Virus record (IMG/VR): IMGVR_UViG_3300032287_004484
Span: 226,275-290,274 of that record
DNA: 64,000 nt
Reading direction: 5' to 3' (one strand)
Shown here: piece after piece, positions 10,093-19,746 of the stretch
Numbering within the stretch: position 1 is the stretch's first letter
How the letters are laid out: each line of letters opens with the position of its first letter
Position numbers and translations under genes: made by a program
The notes under the pieces: model-generated
Databases searched by the model: none
What the model was told of the DNA's origin: nothing
The model's input: only the letters and a program-made list of their open reading frames with translations

Positions 10093-10149
10093 ATTAAAAG
10101 AATTATTAGTAGGGATAATTATTCAATTATCCCTAAATTTTTAATATGA

Positions 10150-10193
10150 TATTTTTTATATACTGATTACTTTTTAGGTTTAGTCGTTAGTTT
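10150..10193 (+). repeat. 44-bp direct repeat copy 2
   Basis: Matches 9361-9404 except aatcg/agtcg. Confidence 0.9.
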
Positions 10194-10232
10194 CTAATTA
10201 TTATACAATTTAACTATAAGGAGAAAAAGTAT

Positions 10233-10463
10233 ATGATAAAACCAAAAGAAATTAGAAAAGAAGAAATAGACCTCAAGGGTTCTCAAGGTAATGCTTTTTA
10301 TATTATTGGAGCAGGAAAGAATCTTCATAGAGATCTTACAAGAGGAGGAATAGAGTTGCCTCCTTGGGAAGAAATAAGAAAAGACATGACGAGTTCAGAT
10401 TATAATCACTTAACACGAGTTTTTGATAAGTATTTTGGCGATTATGTTGATTTAGTTTATTAA
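10233..10463 (+). CDS. conserved small phage protein
   Basis: IDLKGSQGNAF motif; AGGAG SD. Confidence 0.7.
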   Translation: MIKPKEIRKEEIDLKGSQGNAFYIIGAGKNLHRDLTRGGIELPPWEEIRKDMTSSDYNHLTRVFDKYFGDYVDLVY

Positions 10464-10538
10464 AAAATATAAAGTTTTAATGTTTGAGTAATTGAATTTT
10501 TACTTAAACATTAAAACAACTTGGTATATAATAATAAT

Positions 10539-11522
10539 ATGGGTGGAAAAGCTATTATTCCTATAATAGGGAAAGAAGCAAAAAGGTTTGATATAAATAT
10601 TAGAAATAATATAATATCAAACCTTTCAATTATTGACGATTTAGTTCCTGTAAGAGAAATTAAAGAGAAAAAAGATTTTGGAGACATAGATTTTTTATGT
10701 TATTCTGAATTAAAAAGAGAAGAAAAAAATAATCAAATAATCGTTGAAATTGAAAAAAATAATTATTCATTTCAAGGTAAAATTACTAACGATAATGTTT
10801 TTTCTTTAGCTTTTAGTGACTATCAAATAGATATTATTTTTATTTCAAAACAACATCTTAATACGAGTTATTATTATTTTGCTGATAACGATAGAGGAAA
10901 CCTAATAGGATCTATTTACCATGCTCTTAATTTTAATTATGGACATCAGGGTTTATATCTAAAATTAGATAATACTAAAATCCTTTTATCGAATGATACT
11001 GAATCTATTCTTAATTTCTTAGGTTGTGGTAATGTTTTTATTAAAAAGATTTTAAGTGACGGTTTTGATACTTTTGAAGAGATGTATAAACATATAACTG
11101 AAATACCCTATTTTAGTTCTCAATATTTTCAATTTGAAAACCTTAATAATAAGAATAGGTCACGTAATTCTAAAAGAAATACTTATAATAATTTTTTACA
11201 TTATTTAAAAGATAAAACTTTTAGTGATCCTACTCCTAATATTGAATACATGAAATATAAATCTTTATCATACTTTAATAAAGAAAAAGAGTATGTTTCT
11301 TTGTTAAAAGAACAAGAGAAAAATAAGATTATACGAAAAATGATTTCTGGTGATTTATTTTTTAATATCACTGGATTAAAAGAAAAAAAATTAGGTGAAT
11401 TTATTATTTTCTTTAAAGAGAGAAATAAATCAATAATTGAAAATATAGAAACTTATAATATAGAATATTTTGAGGAAAAAATAAAAAATGAATACGATAT
11501 TTTTATCAATAATCAAAGGTAA
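10539..11522 (+). CDS. putative Pol-beta-superfamily nucleotidyltransferase
   Basis: KKDFGDIDFL and later QIDIIF fit the GDxD...D pattern; probable start MGGKA at 10539, 6 nt after TATAAT. Confidence 0.6.
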   Translation: MGGKAIIPIIGKEAKRFDINIRNNIISNLSIIDDLVPVREIKEKKDFGDIDFLCYSELKREEKNNQIIVEIEKNNYSFQGKITNDNVFSLAFSDYQIDIIFISKQHLNTSYYYFADNDRGNLIGSIYHALNFNYGHQGLYLKLDNTKILLSNDTESILNFLGCGNVFIKKILSDGFDTFEEMYKHITEIPYFSSQYFQFENLNNKNRSRNSKRNTYNNFLHYLKDKTFSDPTPNIEYMKYKSLSYFNKEKEYVSLLKEQEKNKIIRKMISGDLFFNITGLKEKKLGEFIIFFKERNKSIIENIETYNIEYFEEKIKNEYDIFINNQR

Positions 11523-11631
11523 ATTAATGCTAAGCGATTTGTTTTCTTTTGTAACCTTTGCTTTAACAGCAACTTTACTTTTAACTTTTTTTTATTATGC
11601 TTTTATAAATAAAAACATTGAAGACGAATAG

Positions 11632-11985
11632 ATGAACTTATATGTTCAAAAACCATGTGAAGCAATTCAATTAAATAAAGAAACCGTTCAAAAAATCATA
11701 GAAATATTTCCAGAAGAAAAATTTGTGTTTTTTGGTATTGAAATAATTAATGGGATTCAACAAAAAGTGTTTGATGATAATTTATCTAAGTTTAATCACG
11801 TAGGTGGATTTTTTTATCATAAAAAAGAAGTTAAGGTAATTTTTGAAAGTGAATGGATAATTAAAAGAAAAGATATATTTGAAATAGTCAATGATAATTA
11901 TTTTAAAAGTAATTTTGTTCAAATACCATTTATTGATTTACCAGATAAGCTAAAGGAGGAAGTTAATAATGTCACTATTAGATAA
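11632..11985 (+). CDS. conserved phage hypothetical protein
   Basis: KPCEAIQ...WII...YFKSNF pattern. Confidence 0.6.
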   Translation: MNLYVQKPCEAIQLNKETVQKIIEIFPEEKFVFFGIEIINGIQQKVFDDNLSKFNHVGGFFYHKKEVKVIFESEWIIKRKDIFEIVNDNYFKSNFVQIPFIDLPDKLKEEVNNVTIR

Positions 11986-12682
11986 AGAATACGAAGATAA
12001 TATTAATGATTTTAATAACAATGGTCTTTTTTTAAACGATGATTATTTAGATAAGTCGTTTAATTTCAAATCTGTTTTAGATGAGTTTTTACTTCTCAAT
12101 AAAATAACTGATTCGTTTTTTAATGAAGTATATAAAAATGGTTTTTCTGACATTTTATATTTTGAAACAGAAAATAATTTTAATTATTCTATTGATGAAA
12201 TAAACGATTTAGAAGAAAATTTAAAAGATATCGCAGAATTTAATTTTAATAAATATAATAAAATTTTAGATTACATGATTTTAAAAAGCACAGATGTAGA
12301 ATCTGAATTTTATGGTTCTATAATACATTTTACTTTTAATATTTTTGATCAAATAAAAAGAAGTTTATTATTATTTAAAAAAGTAAAAGAAAAATGGAAA
12401 AATGAATATAAGGCAACTTATAAAACTTTTAAAGATTTTAAAAATAGCAATGAATTTGAAAATATATTAATAAACATAGCAACAGAAGAACAGTTAAAAA
12501 CAAAAGAAGAAGATTTTCATAGTTTTTTAATATTTACATCAATTAATAGTGATTTCTTATTGAAAGAATTATATAATCGTGATGCAAATAAATTTTTATT
12601 TGACGATAACAAAGTTTTTTTTAAGAATAATGGTATTTCTTTATTGAAAGATATATCTAGTAGAATTATATCTTATAATTAA
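11969..12682 (+). CDS. hypothetical protein
   Basis: 237-aa acidic ORF. Confidence 0.6.
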   Translation: MSLLDKEYEDNINDFNNNGLFLNDDYLDKSFNFKSVLDEFLLLNKITDSFFNEVYKNGFSDILYFETENNFNYSIDEINDLEENLKDIAEFNFNKYNKILDYMILKSTDVESEFYGSIIHFTFNIFDQIKRSLLLFKKVKEKWKNEYKATYKTFKDFKNSNEFENILINIATEEQLKTKEEDFHSFLIFTSINSDFLLKELYNRDANKFLFDDNKVFFKNNGISLLKDISSRIISYN

Positions 12683-12685
12683 ATT

Positions 12686-13018
12686 ATGGAAAATAATTAC
12701 AATGATAAAGCAAATTTTTTAATTGAAAAATTTGATGATTACCAAAAAAAATCAAATATTAATGAAATAAAAGACCAAAAAGTTAAATTAAGTTATTATA
12801 GTTTGTTTTTTGATTTATATCCAGAATTATTTAATCAAAATTTTAATTTTACATATTTAGATGAAATTAAAGTTTTAATAAATAAGGAAATAAATACTTT
12901 TATGGTTTATTTTTCTGACAAAGGAATAATTAAGAAGATTATTTTTGATACTCCACATTACAGTATTATCAATCATAATTTCCCGATTAATAACTGGGAA
13001 CTTCTAAAAATTAGATAA
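12686..13018 (+). CDS. hypothetical protein
   Basis: 110-aa ORF in operon context. Confidence 0.55.
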   Translation: MENNYNDKANFLIEKFDDYQKKSNINEIKDQKVKLSYYSLFFDLYPELFNQNFNFTYLDEIKVLINKEINTFMVYFSDKGIIKKIIFDTPHYSIINHNFPINNWELLKIR

Positions 13019-13026
13019 AAAAATAT

Positions 13027-13518
13027 ATGGAAAGAATTTTAATCATATTGATACCCCTATTGCTAAATGTTTTTGCATTTTGTTATCACCCAGAAAAAAT
13101 AGAAAAAAGACAAGATAATATTTATCCAGTTCGTGATGTAAGAATATCTTCTGGTTTTGGAAAAAGAAAAGGTAATTTTCATTGGGGAATAGATTTTTCT
13201 GCTCCTTATGGAACACCAATAATTTCACCTATAGATATGAAAATATTTAAAGTAGGAAGAAATGAAAATCATGGTCTTTATATAATTGGAAAAGATTATG
13301 ATAATTTTTATTATCTTTTTGCTCACCTTAGTAAAGTTGATTTTAATGAATCTAAAGAAATTAAACAAGGTGAAATTATAGGTTACATTGGAAATACTGG
13401 ACTTTCTTTTGGACCTCATTTACATTATGAAATATCTTTTAATGGAGTTAATTTTAATCCTACTAATTTTACTAAAAAAAATTTTAAAATTAGACATTTA
13501 GAAGATGAATTTTATTAA
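13027..13518 (+). CDS. M23 (LytM-like) peptidase with signal peptide
   Basis: HWGIDF (HxxxD), FAHL, GPHLHYEI (HxH); hydrophobic N-terminus. Confidence 0.92.
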   Translation: MERILIILIPLLLNVFAFCYHPEKIEKRQDNIYPVRDVRISSGFGKRKGNFHWGIDFSAPYGTPIISPIDMKIFKVGRNENHGLYIIGKDYDNFYYLFAHLSKVDFNESKEIKQGEIIGYIGNTGLSFGPHLHYEISFNGVNFNPTNFTKKNFKIRHLEDEFY

Positions 13519-13558
13519 TATTTCTTAAATATATTTTATATAAATTAAGGAATATAAG

Positions 13559-13897
13559 ATGACTAGAGATCACTCGTTTCAATCACAAATTGATTTAATT
13601 TTTGATTCTATGGATTGGAACAATATAGAAAAAATCTTTCATGTTTGTGATTATAAATATATGAAAAATTTACATGAAGAATATAATCCTGAAATAGAAG
13701 ATTTAAAAGAAATGAGTTATCATCTTTTAAAGGATTGCTATAATCTAGGTAAAAAGAAAAATATTAATATGATTATAGCAAGTGGAAGATTTGAAGCATC
13801 TTGGAATAATACAGATGAAACGTTGTGTTTGAAATTTATACCCGAAGAAAAAGAAATAATGTTAGATGAAAAAAATGAATCTATATATGTAACTTAA
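13559..13897 (+). CDS. conserved phage hypothetical protein
   Basis: IFDSMDWNNIEK...ASGRFEA pattern. Confidence 0.6.
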   Translation: MTRDHSFQSQIDLIFDSMDWNNIEKIFHVCDYKYMKNLHEEYNPEIEDLKEMSYHLLKDCYNLGKKKNINMIIASGRFEASWNNTDETLCLKFIPEEKEIMLDEKNESIYVT

Positions 13898-14208
13898 ATT
13901 AAAGATTCTGATTTTATATTAATTGTAGGATATTTTAATTTAGAATTTATTTTAGATTCTAAAACAGATTTTTCTAAACACGTTCTTAAAGATAAAAGAT
14001 ATGTTATTTTATGGACTTCTAATTCAACGTATTCATCGTCGTGATTATAAAGATATTCTTCTATATCCATTTCAAGTTTTTCACAATAATTGATAGCATT
14101 TTTATGAATAAAATTAACTAACTGATCTTTATTAAGATCAGTTTTAATTTTATAAAAAATAACATCGTTTGAATTATCAAGTGAATCTATATAGTAGAAG
14201 TTTTTCAT
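13894..14208 (-). CDS. accessory protein, paralog of 14205..14561, ends ESLI
   Basis: Shared FYY.D....V.FYKI.TDL motif. Confidence 0.65.
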   Translation of the reverse strand: MKNFYYIDSLDNSNDVIFYKIKTDLNKDQLVNFIHKNAINYCEKLEMDIEEYLYNHDDEYVELEVHKITYLLSLRTCLEKSVLESKINSKLKYPTINIKSESLI

Positions 14209-14561
14209 TCTAAATCCTCTTTGTTTATTTCCATATTTATAAAATCAAGTTTAGAAGTTAAACGTTCTTCAGATCTAAATTTACTTAGAAAAGTTTGAAG
14301 TGAAAAAACATAATTAAAATTTCCAGCATCAACATCAAAAGTAAAATAATCTGGATTTTCACATTGACCTTCACTGAAATAAGATTCTTTAATTCCTAAT
14401 CTATTGGCTTCTATTTTTGCTTGCTTTTTTAAAAGTGATCTTAAACTTTTCAAAGATAAATCTGTTTCTATTTTATAAAAAACAGGTAACTCTCTTATTA
14501 CGTCTAAATAGTAAAAAGTATTTTTTTTCATAGTTTTATCCTCTTTTTTTAAATCATCCAT
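14205..14561 (-). CDS. accessory protein, paralog of 13894..14208
   Basis: Shared FYY.D....VFYKIETDL motif. Confidence 0.65.
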   Translation of the reverse strand: MDDLKKEDKTMKKNTFYYLDVIRELPVFYKIETDLSLKSLRSLLKKQAKIEANRLGIKESYFSEGQCENPDYFTFDVDAGNFNYVFSLQTFLSKFRSEERLTSKLDFINMEINKEDLE

Positions 14562-14866
14562 TGTAATAATTTTTTTTCATCATACTTATTATTCTTTTTT
14601 AAAAATTCTATATAATCATCTTTATATTGAGATTTAAAAATAGTATGATGACCTTTTTCAAAAATATCTTCTAATATATTAATAGCATAAAAATAAGATA
14701 CGTATGCATCTTTAGAAATAACTTCTTCTCCTTCATCCCAAGCTCCTTTAATCATATACATAGCATAATAAAAAGATTGCTCAGCATCAGTAGCAATAAT
14801 TTTTTCTAGTTCTGTTATTCTTTTATCCATAGATAAACTTTTATGTAAAGCTTCAATAGGTGTCAT
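14549..14866 (-). CDS. solenoid-repeat family protein (ends LLQWMI)
   Basis: MTPIEAL...RITELEKIIATD..QSFYYA...IKGAWDEGEEVI. Confidence 0.75.
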   Translation of the reverse strand: MTPIEALHKSLSMDKRITELEKIIATDAEQSFYYAMYMIKGAWDEGEEVISKDAYVSYFYAINILEDIFEKGHHTIFKSQYKDDYIEFLKKNNKYDEKKLLQWMI

Positions 14867-15156
14867 ATTAGGTGTTCTATTAATTTTAATTGATTTAAAA
14901 CACTTTTTAATCTTCTAAAGACAAGATTATTTTCTTTTATTATAAAATATTGTTCTTGATTGATTAATAATTTAAAATCCCAATTAATATCATTTAATAA
15001 TTTATGATTATTAGAAATGATATTTTGTCCATTCTCAAAATAAATTTCTGTTTCAGTATTTTCCTGATTTACAAGAACATAATTTTTTATTAAGCAATCT
15101 GAATCTAAATAACTTTTTGATGTTTTTATACAAAGAAAATAATTCATATCACCCAT
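14863..15156 (-). CDS. small tagged accessory protein (LIEHLI)
   Basis: ATGA-coupled chain of three genes. Confidence 0.65.
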   Translation of the reverse strand: MGDMNYFLCIKTSKSYLDSDCLIKNYVLVNQENTETEIYFENGQNIISNNHKLLNDINWDFKLLINQEQYFIIKENNLVFRRLKSVLNQLKLIEHLI

Positions 15157-15467
15157 TCATGTAGATTAAATTTACCTAAAAAATCAACTTTATTTTTATT
15201 TAAAACATCTTCTTTAAAATTTAGTTTTAAAAGTTCTTCAAAAAGATCTTTATTATTTATCTTTATAGAAAGATTAAATTTAATTTTCAATTCATATTTA
15301 AAATCATTTTGGTTCTTGGTTTTCTCTTGTTTAGAATCTGAAAAATAAGAATATCCATTATAAACTAGATAATTTTCTTTATCAACATAATGATATAAAA
15401 CGCAGGTAATAATTTTATCGTTAAATAAATTAAGACACAAATAAGCGTTTATTTTATTTTTATTCAT
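15144..15467 (-). CDS. small tagged accessory protein (LHEWVI)
   Basis: First gene behind the minus-strand promoter at 15495-15511. Confidence 0.65.
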   Translation of the reverse strand: MNKNKINAYLCLNLFNDKIITCVLYHYVDKENYLVYNGYSYFSDSKQEKTKNQNDFKYELKIKFNLSIKINNKDLFEELLKLNFKEDVLNKNKVDFLGKFNLHEWVI

Positions 15468-15494
15468 ATTACAATTATATATAAGAATAGTAAT

Positions 15495-15563
15495 AGTGAC
15501 TAAACCTAAAAAAAAGACATTTATAAACTACCCGTACTGGATATTTTTTTAGGTTTAAACACT
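15495..15563. promoter_or_regulatory. divergent pair of TTTTAGGTTTA(A/G)(A/T)CACT promoters
   Basis: Minus copy 15495-15511 and plus copy 15547-15563, each followed by a TATAAT-like box. Confidence 0.75.
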
Positions 15564-15642
15564 AATAGAGTAAATAAGTATAGTATTATATTAGAAATTT
15601 TTATTTATTAAGTAGAAATTTAATTTTAACAAGGAGAAAAAA

Positions 15643-16800
15643 ATGAGGAATTTAGAAAAAATATTAGACCTTTGTCAAAAATCCGACAATTCAGTCTTAT
15701 TAAAGGGACCTCACGGAATAGGGAAGAGTGAAAGAGTAGAAGCATTCGCAAAAGAAAAAGGTTATCATTGCGAAATTTTATTTCTTTCTCACCAAGAAAC
15801 TGGAGATTTAATTGGTATTCCATATTTAGAAAATGGAAATACCGTATGGAGTACACCAATCTGGTTACAAAGAATTTATGATGCTTCTAAGAATGGAAAA
15901 ACGTGTGTATTATTCTTAGATGAATTAAACAGAGCAAGATTAGATGTTAGACAATCTGCTTTACAGTTAGTATTATCTAAGCAAATTCACCAGCACGTAC
16001 TTCCAAAAGATTCTTTAGTAGTAGCAGCAGTTAATCCAGAAGATGATTACCAAGTGTCTGAATTAGATCCAGCACTTTTAGATAGATTTGAAGCTATTGA
16101 ATTGAAAGCAAACACTGAAGAGTGGATTGAATGGGCTAGAAAAAAGTCAGTCAATGAAACAGTAGTTTCTTTTGTAGCAGATAATCCAGATAAATTGTGG
16201 TTCAAAACTAACAATGAAAATGAAATCAACCATCCTACTCCAAGAAGCTGGGTAAAAGTATCTAATTTTCTAAAAGTTTTAGAACTTGAAAAAGAAGCAG
16301 ATGAGGAAAAATTCTTTTTACTTCAAACTTTTGTAAATGGAAAGATTGGTAGAAGCGTTGGTAATCAATTTTCTATTTATTGGAAAGAAAAACAAGCACT
16401 TTCTATGGAAAGTATTGAAAAAGCAATTAAGAAAATTAAGAATAGGAAGAAAGAAAACATGGACGAAGCTATGGAGATACTAAAACCAGTTCTCTCTACT
16501 ATCGAAGTCATAAAACTTTCTCTTATTGGAGAGGACTTACTTAAAAAGTATATTCCAAAAACAGCTACTATTGCAACAATAGATAAAGCATTTGAAACCG
16601 CTTTTCCAGTTATGGCTTTTTTCTATTCTTTAGAATTAGAAGTTTCACATTCTATTCTAAAAGGTCTTAAAGAAAAAGACGATGAAAATATGAAAGAATT
16701 ATACGCTGGTTTAGCTCGTTGTGATTCAGCAGCTGCTGGAAAATTTAGAGAAAAAGAAATTTTCCGAAGGATTATAGATAAATTCGACAACAAGAAATAA
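15643..16800 (+). CDS. MoxR-like / dynein-related AAA+ ATPase
   Basis: GPHGIGKS, LFLDELNRA, AAVNP, LDPALLDRF, TPRSW. Confidence 0.92.
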   Translation: MRNLEKILDLCQKSDNSVLLKGPHGIGKSERVEAFAKEKGYHCEILFLSHQETGDLIGIPYLENGNTVWSTPIWLQRIYDASKNGKTCVLFLDELNRARLDVRQSALQLVLSKQIHQHVLPKDSLVVAAVNPEDDYQVSELDPALLDRFEAIELKANTEEWIEWARKKSVNETVVSFVADNPDKLWFKTNNENEINHPTPRSWVKVSNFLKVLELEKEADEEKFFLLQTFVNGKIGRSVGNQFSIYWKEKQALSMESIEKAIKKIKNRKKENMDEAMEILKPVLSTIEVIKLSLIGEDLLKKYIPKTATIATIDKAFETAFPVMAFFYSLELEVSHSILKGLKEKDDENMKELYAGLARCDSAAAGKFREKEIFRRIIDKFDNKK

Positions 16801-16823
16801 CTAATCCTTATTTCAATCTTCTT

Positions 16824-16860
16824 GGAAGCCACTACTTTTTTAGTGGCTCCTATTTTTTTT
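16824..16860 (+). terminator. intrinsic terminator after the AAA+ gene
   Basis: GCCACTA/TAGTGGC stem followed by a T-run. Confidence 0.75.
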
Positions 16861-16970
16861 ATTTTAAATGTTATTTTTTTAGGTTTAATCACTTGTAATT
16901 ATTATTAGTATAATTTATATTATGGAACAAAAAATAATTGAAAATAGAAAATATTTAATAGGAGGATACT

Positions 16971-18230
16971 ATGGATAAAATCAACAAAGAAGTCTATGAA
17001 GAAACAATGGCTAATACTCTTTGGGGACAAGAAAATCAATATGTATTTTATGGTCACATAATTGCAGCCACAAAAGTACATTTTGATAATACACTACCTG
17101 CACCTGCTGGGGTATATTTCGCAAAAAGTCAATTTAATTTAGTGATTAATTTAGAAAAGTTTTCTGAATACTCTCTAAAAGAAAGAAGATCAATATTAGT
17201 TCACGAAGCTTTACATATAATTCTTAATCATATAGGTAGAGCAAAGAATAAAAGAAGATTTTGCTGGAATATATCAACAGATACTGCTTTAAATCAATTT
17301 ATCAAGGATTTACCGCCAGACTGTATGTTACCAGAAAAATTTGGATTAGAACCAAAATTATCTGCGGAGAATTATTATTCTTTTCTTAGAAAGAAAATTG
17401 ACGATAAAGAAATTTCTTTCAAAGTAATTTATGAAGACGGTTCTTCTGACGATAACAACAATGGAAATCCGCAGCAAGGCAATGGAAAGAAAATATCGAA
17501 AGTTATTATGAGGGTTAAATCTAAAAGTGGTGTCAAAGAATATGAAATTGACCCTCACGTAGCAGACGATCGTAACGAAGGTGAAGTAAATGAAGAATTA
17601 GTAAATCTTATGAGGGAGAAATTAATTCAACATGCTGAGAATAAAAGTAGGGGATTGATACCATCTGATATTGCAGATGAAATTGAAAAACTTCGTTCTA
17701 AGAAAATTGATTGGAAAAAGCATATTCGTAATCAAGCTTCTAATTCTTCCATAGATGTAGAAGAGTCTATAAAAAGAAGAAATCGTAGATTTATGAATCG
17801 AGTAGAAATTAAAGGATTTATAAAAACTTATTCTTCTAAAGGAGTAGTAATATTAGATACTTCTGGATCAGTTAGTAATGAATTTATTTCTAAAACTTTA
17901 GGAGAAATTGATAACTTATGTAAATCAACTAATTCTGAAGTCGAACTAATTCAGGTAGATGCTCAAGTACATAGTATTAAAAAATATACTCCTTCTAATA
18001 AGAAAGTAGGTATTGTTGGTAGAGGTGGTACTTATCTTTATCCAGCAATTGAACATATTAAAAATAAAAAAATTCGTTGTGACTATATAATAGTATTAAC
18101 GGATGGAGAAATTGAAAATTCTTGGAAAGAAGTACCTCAACAAAATATATTCTTTCTTTTACCCAAAGATGGAAAATTAGCGTTAGATATTTCTAATTTC
18201 AAAAAAGCAAAAGTTTTTAATATAGATTAA
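16971..18230 (+). CDS. VWA-domain protein with N-terminal HExxH metallopeptidase-like domain (DUF2201-type)
   Basis: LVHEALHIILNH; MIDAS-like LDTSGS, GRGGT, VLTDG. Confidence 0.9.
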   Translation: MDKINKEVYEETMANTLWGQENQYVFYGHIIAATKVHFDNTLPAPAGVYFAKSQFNLVINLEKFSEYSLKERRSILVHEALHIILNHIGRAKNKRRFCWNISTDTALNQFIKDLPPDCMLPEKFGLEPKLSAENYYSFLRKKIDDKEISFKVIYEDGSSDDNNNGNPQQGNGKKISKVIMRVKSKSGVKEYEIDPHVADDRNEGEVNEELVNLMREKLIQHAENKSRGLIPSDIADEIEKLRSKKIDWKKHIRNQASNSSIDVEESIKRRNRRFMNRVEIKGFIKTYSSKGVVILDTSGSVSNEFISKTLGEIDNLCKSTNSEVELIQVDAQVHSIKKYTPSNKKVGIVGRGGTYLYPAIEHIKNKKIRCDYIIVLTDGEIENSWKEVPQQNIFFLLPKDGKLALDISNFKKAKVFNID

Positions 18231-18240
18231 AAAAATAATT

Positions 18241-18273
18241 AATCTCTTTCTTTTTTAAGAAAGAGATTTTTTT
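18241..18273 (+). terminator. intrinsic terminator
   Basis: AATCTCTTTCTT/AAGAAAGAGATT stem then T-run. Confidence 0.75.
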
Positions 18274-18317
18274 TAATTATTTTTGATGATTTATTAAAAA
18301 CAAAAAAGGATATAATA

Positions 18318-18608
18318 ATGAATCAAAAAGAATATACATTATCAATTAAAATAAATGATAATCAAAAAATAATAGGATTATCTGTATTTGACGCTAAAAA
18401 CAATTTAAAATATACAGGTGAAAAAATAATTAAAGATTATAGTTCAGACTTATCGTTTTATTTAGCAAATTTTCAAAGTGACCCACATCTAATTAATATA
18501 GATGAAAAAACTTTTAATCAATTTTTAAAAGCTGATTTTAGAGATATTAAAGATATGTTTTTAATTGATTTTTATAAAAAATATAATTTTGAAGAATTTA
18601 TTTTATAA
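18318..18608 (+). CDS. small tagged accessory protein (FEEFIL)
   Basis: Convergent with 18603..18923. Confidence 0.65.
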   Translation: MNQKEYTLSIKINDNQKIIGLSVFDAKNNLKYTGEKIIKDYSSDLSFYLANFQSDPHLINIDEKTFNQFLKADFRDIKDMFLIDFYKKYNFEEFIL

Positions 18609-18923
18609 ACACCACTCCTCTAATCCATTATAAATTAAAAACGTTTTTAAATCTATTTTTCTATAATCTTTTCTTTTTAAATTTAGAACTTTAAAAAATA
18701 AAACTTTATTTATTGGAACAAAAAAATCTAAATTTAATTTAAAAAAAAGTAAATTTCCTTTCATTGAAAATTCGTTTGGATTATCTAAAAAAAAAATATC
18801 TCCTTTGTTTTTATCGTACACTCTAATGGATGATATTTTTTCATTTTTTAAAGTAAAACCAAGGTAATAATTTTCTTTCATGTGTTTTAATATATTAAGT
18901 GTTTTATTTTTAGGTTTAAACAC
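18603..18923 (-). CDS. small tagged accessory protein (LEEWCL); true start probably MKENYY
   Basis: Track start lies inside the promoter motif at 18908-18924. Confidence 0.6.
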   Translation of the reverse strand: MFKPKNKTLNILKHMKENYYLGFTLKNEKISSIRVYDKNKGDIFFLDNPNEFSMKGNLLFFKLNLDFFVPINKVLFFKVLNLKRKDYRKIDLKTFLIYNGLEEWCL

Positions 18924-18981
18924 TTATTATATATTATAGTATATTATATTATTACAAATAATAAAATAAGGAGAAAGTAAT

Positions 18982-19413
18982 ATGGAAAGAAAAAAATTAT
19001 TAAAAACATCCGTTGAATTTTCAAATCTGCTTGGTATTGAACCGTTTAACTGTTCATGGGCTCAAAGATCAATAAACTTGATAAGTGAAAACTTTGATGA
19101 TTTTAAAGAATTAAAATTAAATTATGGCGTAGTTGACGTTGAAAATGATAAAGAAGTATTTTTTAAAATCTCAAATATTTCTTTTGAAGAAGAAATAAAC
19201 ATGGTCAGTTTCGTATATGGTAGCGAAGGTCACGATAGTTTAACTTTAAAAGATTTAATTGGTTTTATTGAGCACCTAAGAAAAGAAAAACCTAATAGTT
19301 GGGGTTCTATTATTCTTAATTGTGAAAACTTATTTGTTATCAATAATTGTGTTATTATTGGTGATAAACTTTGTTTTTCTTTTAAACCAAATAGTACAGG
19401 AGTTTCAGTTTGA
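18982..19413 (+). CDS. hypothetical protein, paralog of 45662..46072
   Basis: ENFDDFKELKLNYG vs ENYDSWKDIKLGY; LTLKDL vs VTLSQL. Confidence 0.6.
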   Translation: MERKKLLKTSVEFSNLLGIEPFNCSWAQRSINLISENFDDFKELKLNYGVVDVENDKEVFFKISNISFEEEINMVSFVYGSEGHDSLTLKDLIGFIEHLRKEKPNSWGSIILNCENLFVINNCVIIGDKLCFSFKPNSTGVSV

Positions 19414-19548
19414 AGATAAGAATAAATTTTGATTTTTTAAATGAAATGCTAAACAACGTAAAAAGTGTTTGGCATGAATTTAAAAAACTTGAAAAAGAAA
19501 ATAGCCCGTCTTCTTGGATTAAAGAAGTAAACTTTGAGGAGGGAGCAG

Positions 19549-19716
19549 ATGGTAAAAAATCTAATAGTTCTAGCAGCAGTTCTAGTGTTACTGAATAATT
19601 TCATTAGTGATTCAGATGTTGCAATGACAGAATATAAAATAATTGAAAAAAATGCTAAAACAGAAATCAGATTTTACGATTCAGGTGAAAAATATCGTTG
19701 TACTCTAACAAAATAA
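19549..19716 (+). CDS. small secreted/membrane protein
   Basis: AGGAGG SD before ATG 19549; signal-like MVKNLIVLAAVLVLL. Confidence 0.5.
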   Translation: MVKNLIVLAAVLVLLNNFISDSDVAMTEYKIIEKNAKTEIRFYDSGEKYRCTLTK

Positions 19717-19746
19717 AAAAATAAAACCTAAAAGGGAAAGAAAACT

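Noticed and set aside
16623-16892. ORF starting MIKPKK (also the MFKPK start at 18923)
   Set aside because: These starts are the reverse complement of the promoter motif; 16623..16892 is antisense to the AAA+ gene.
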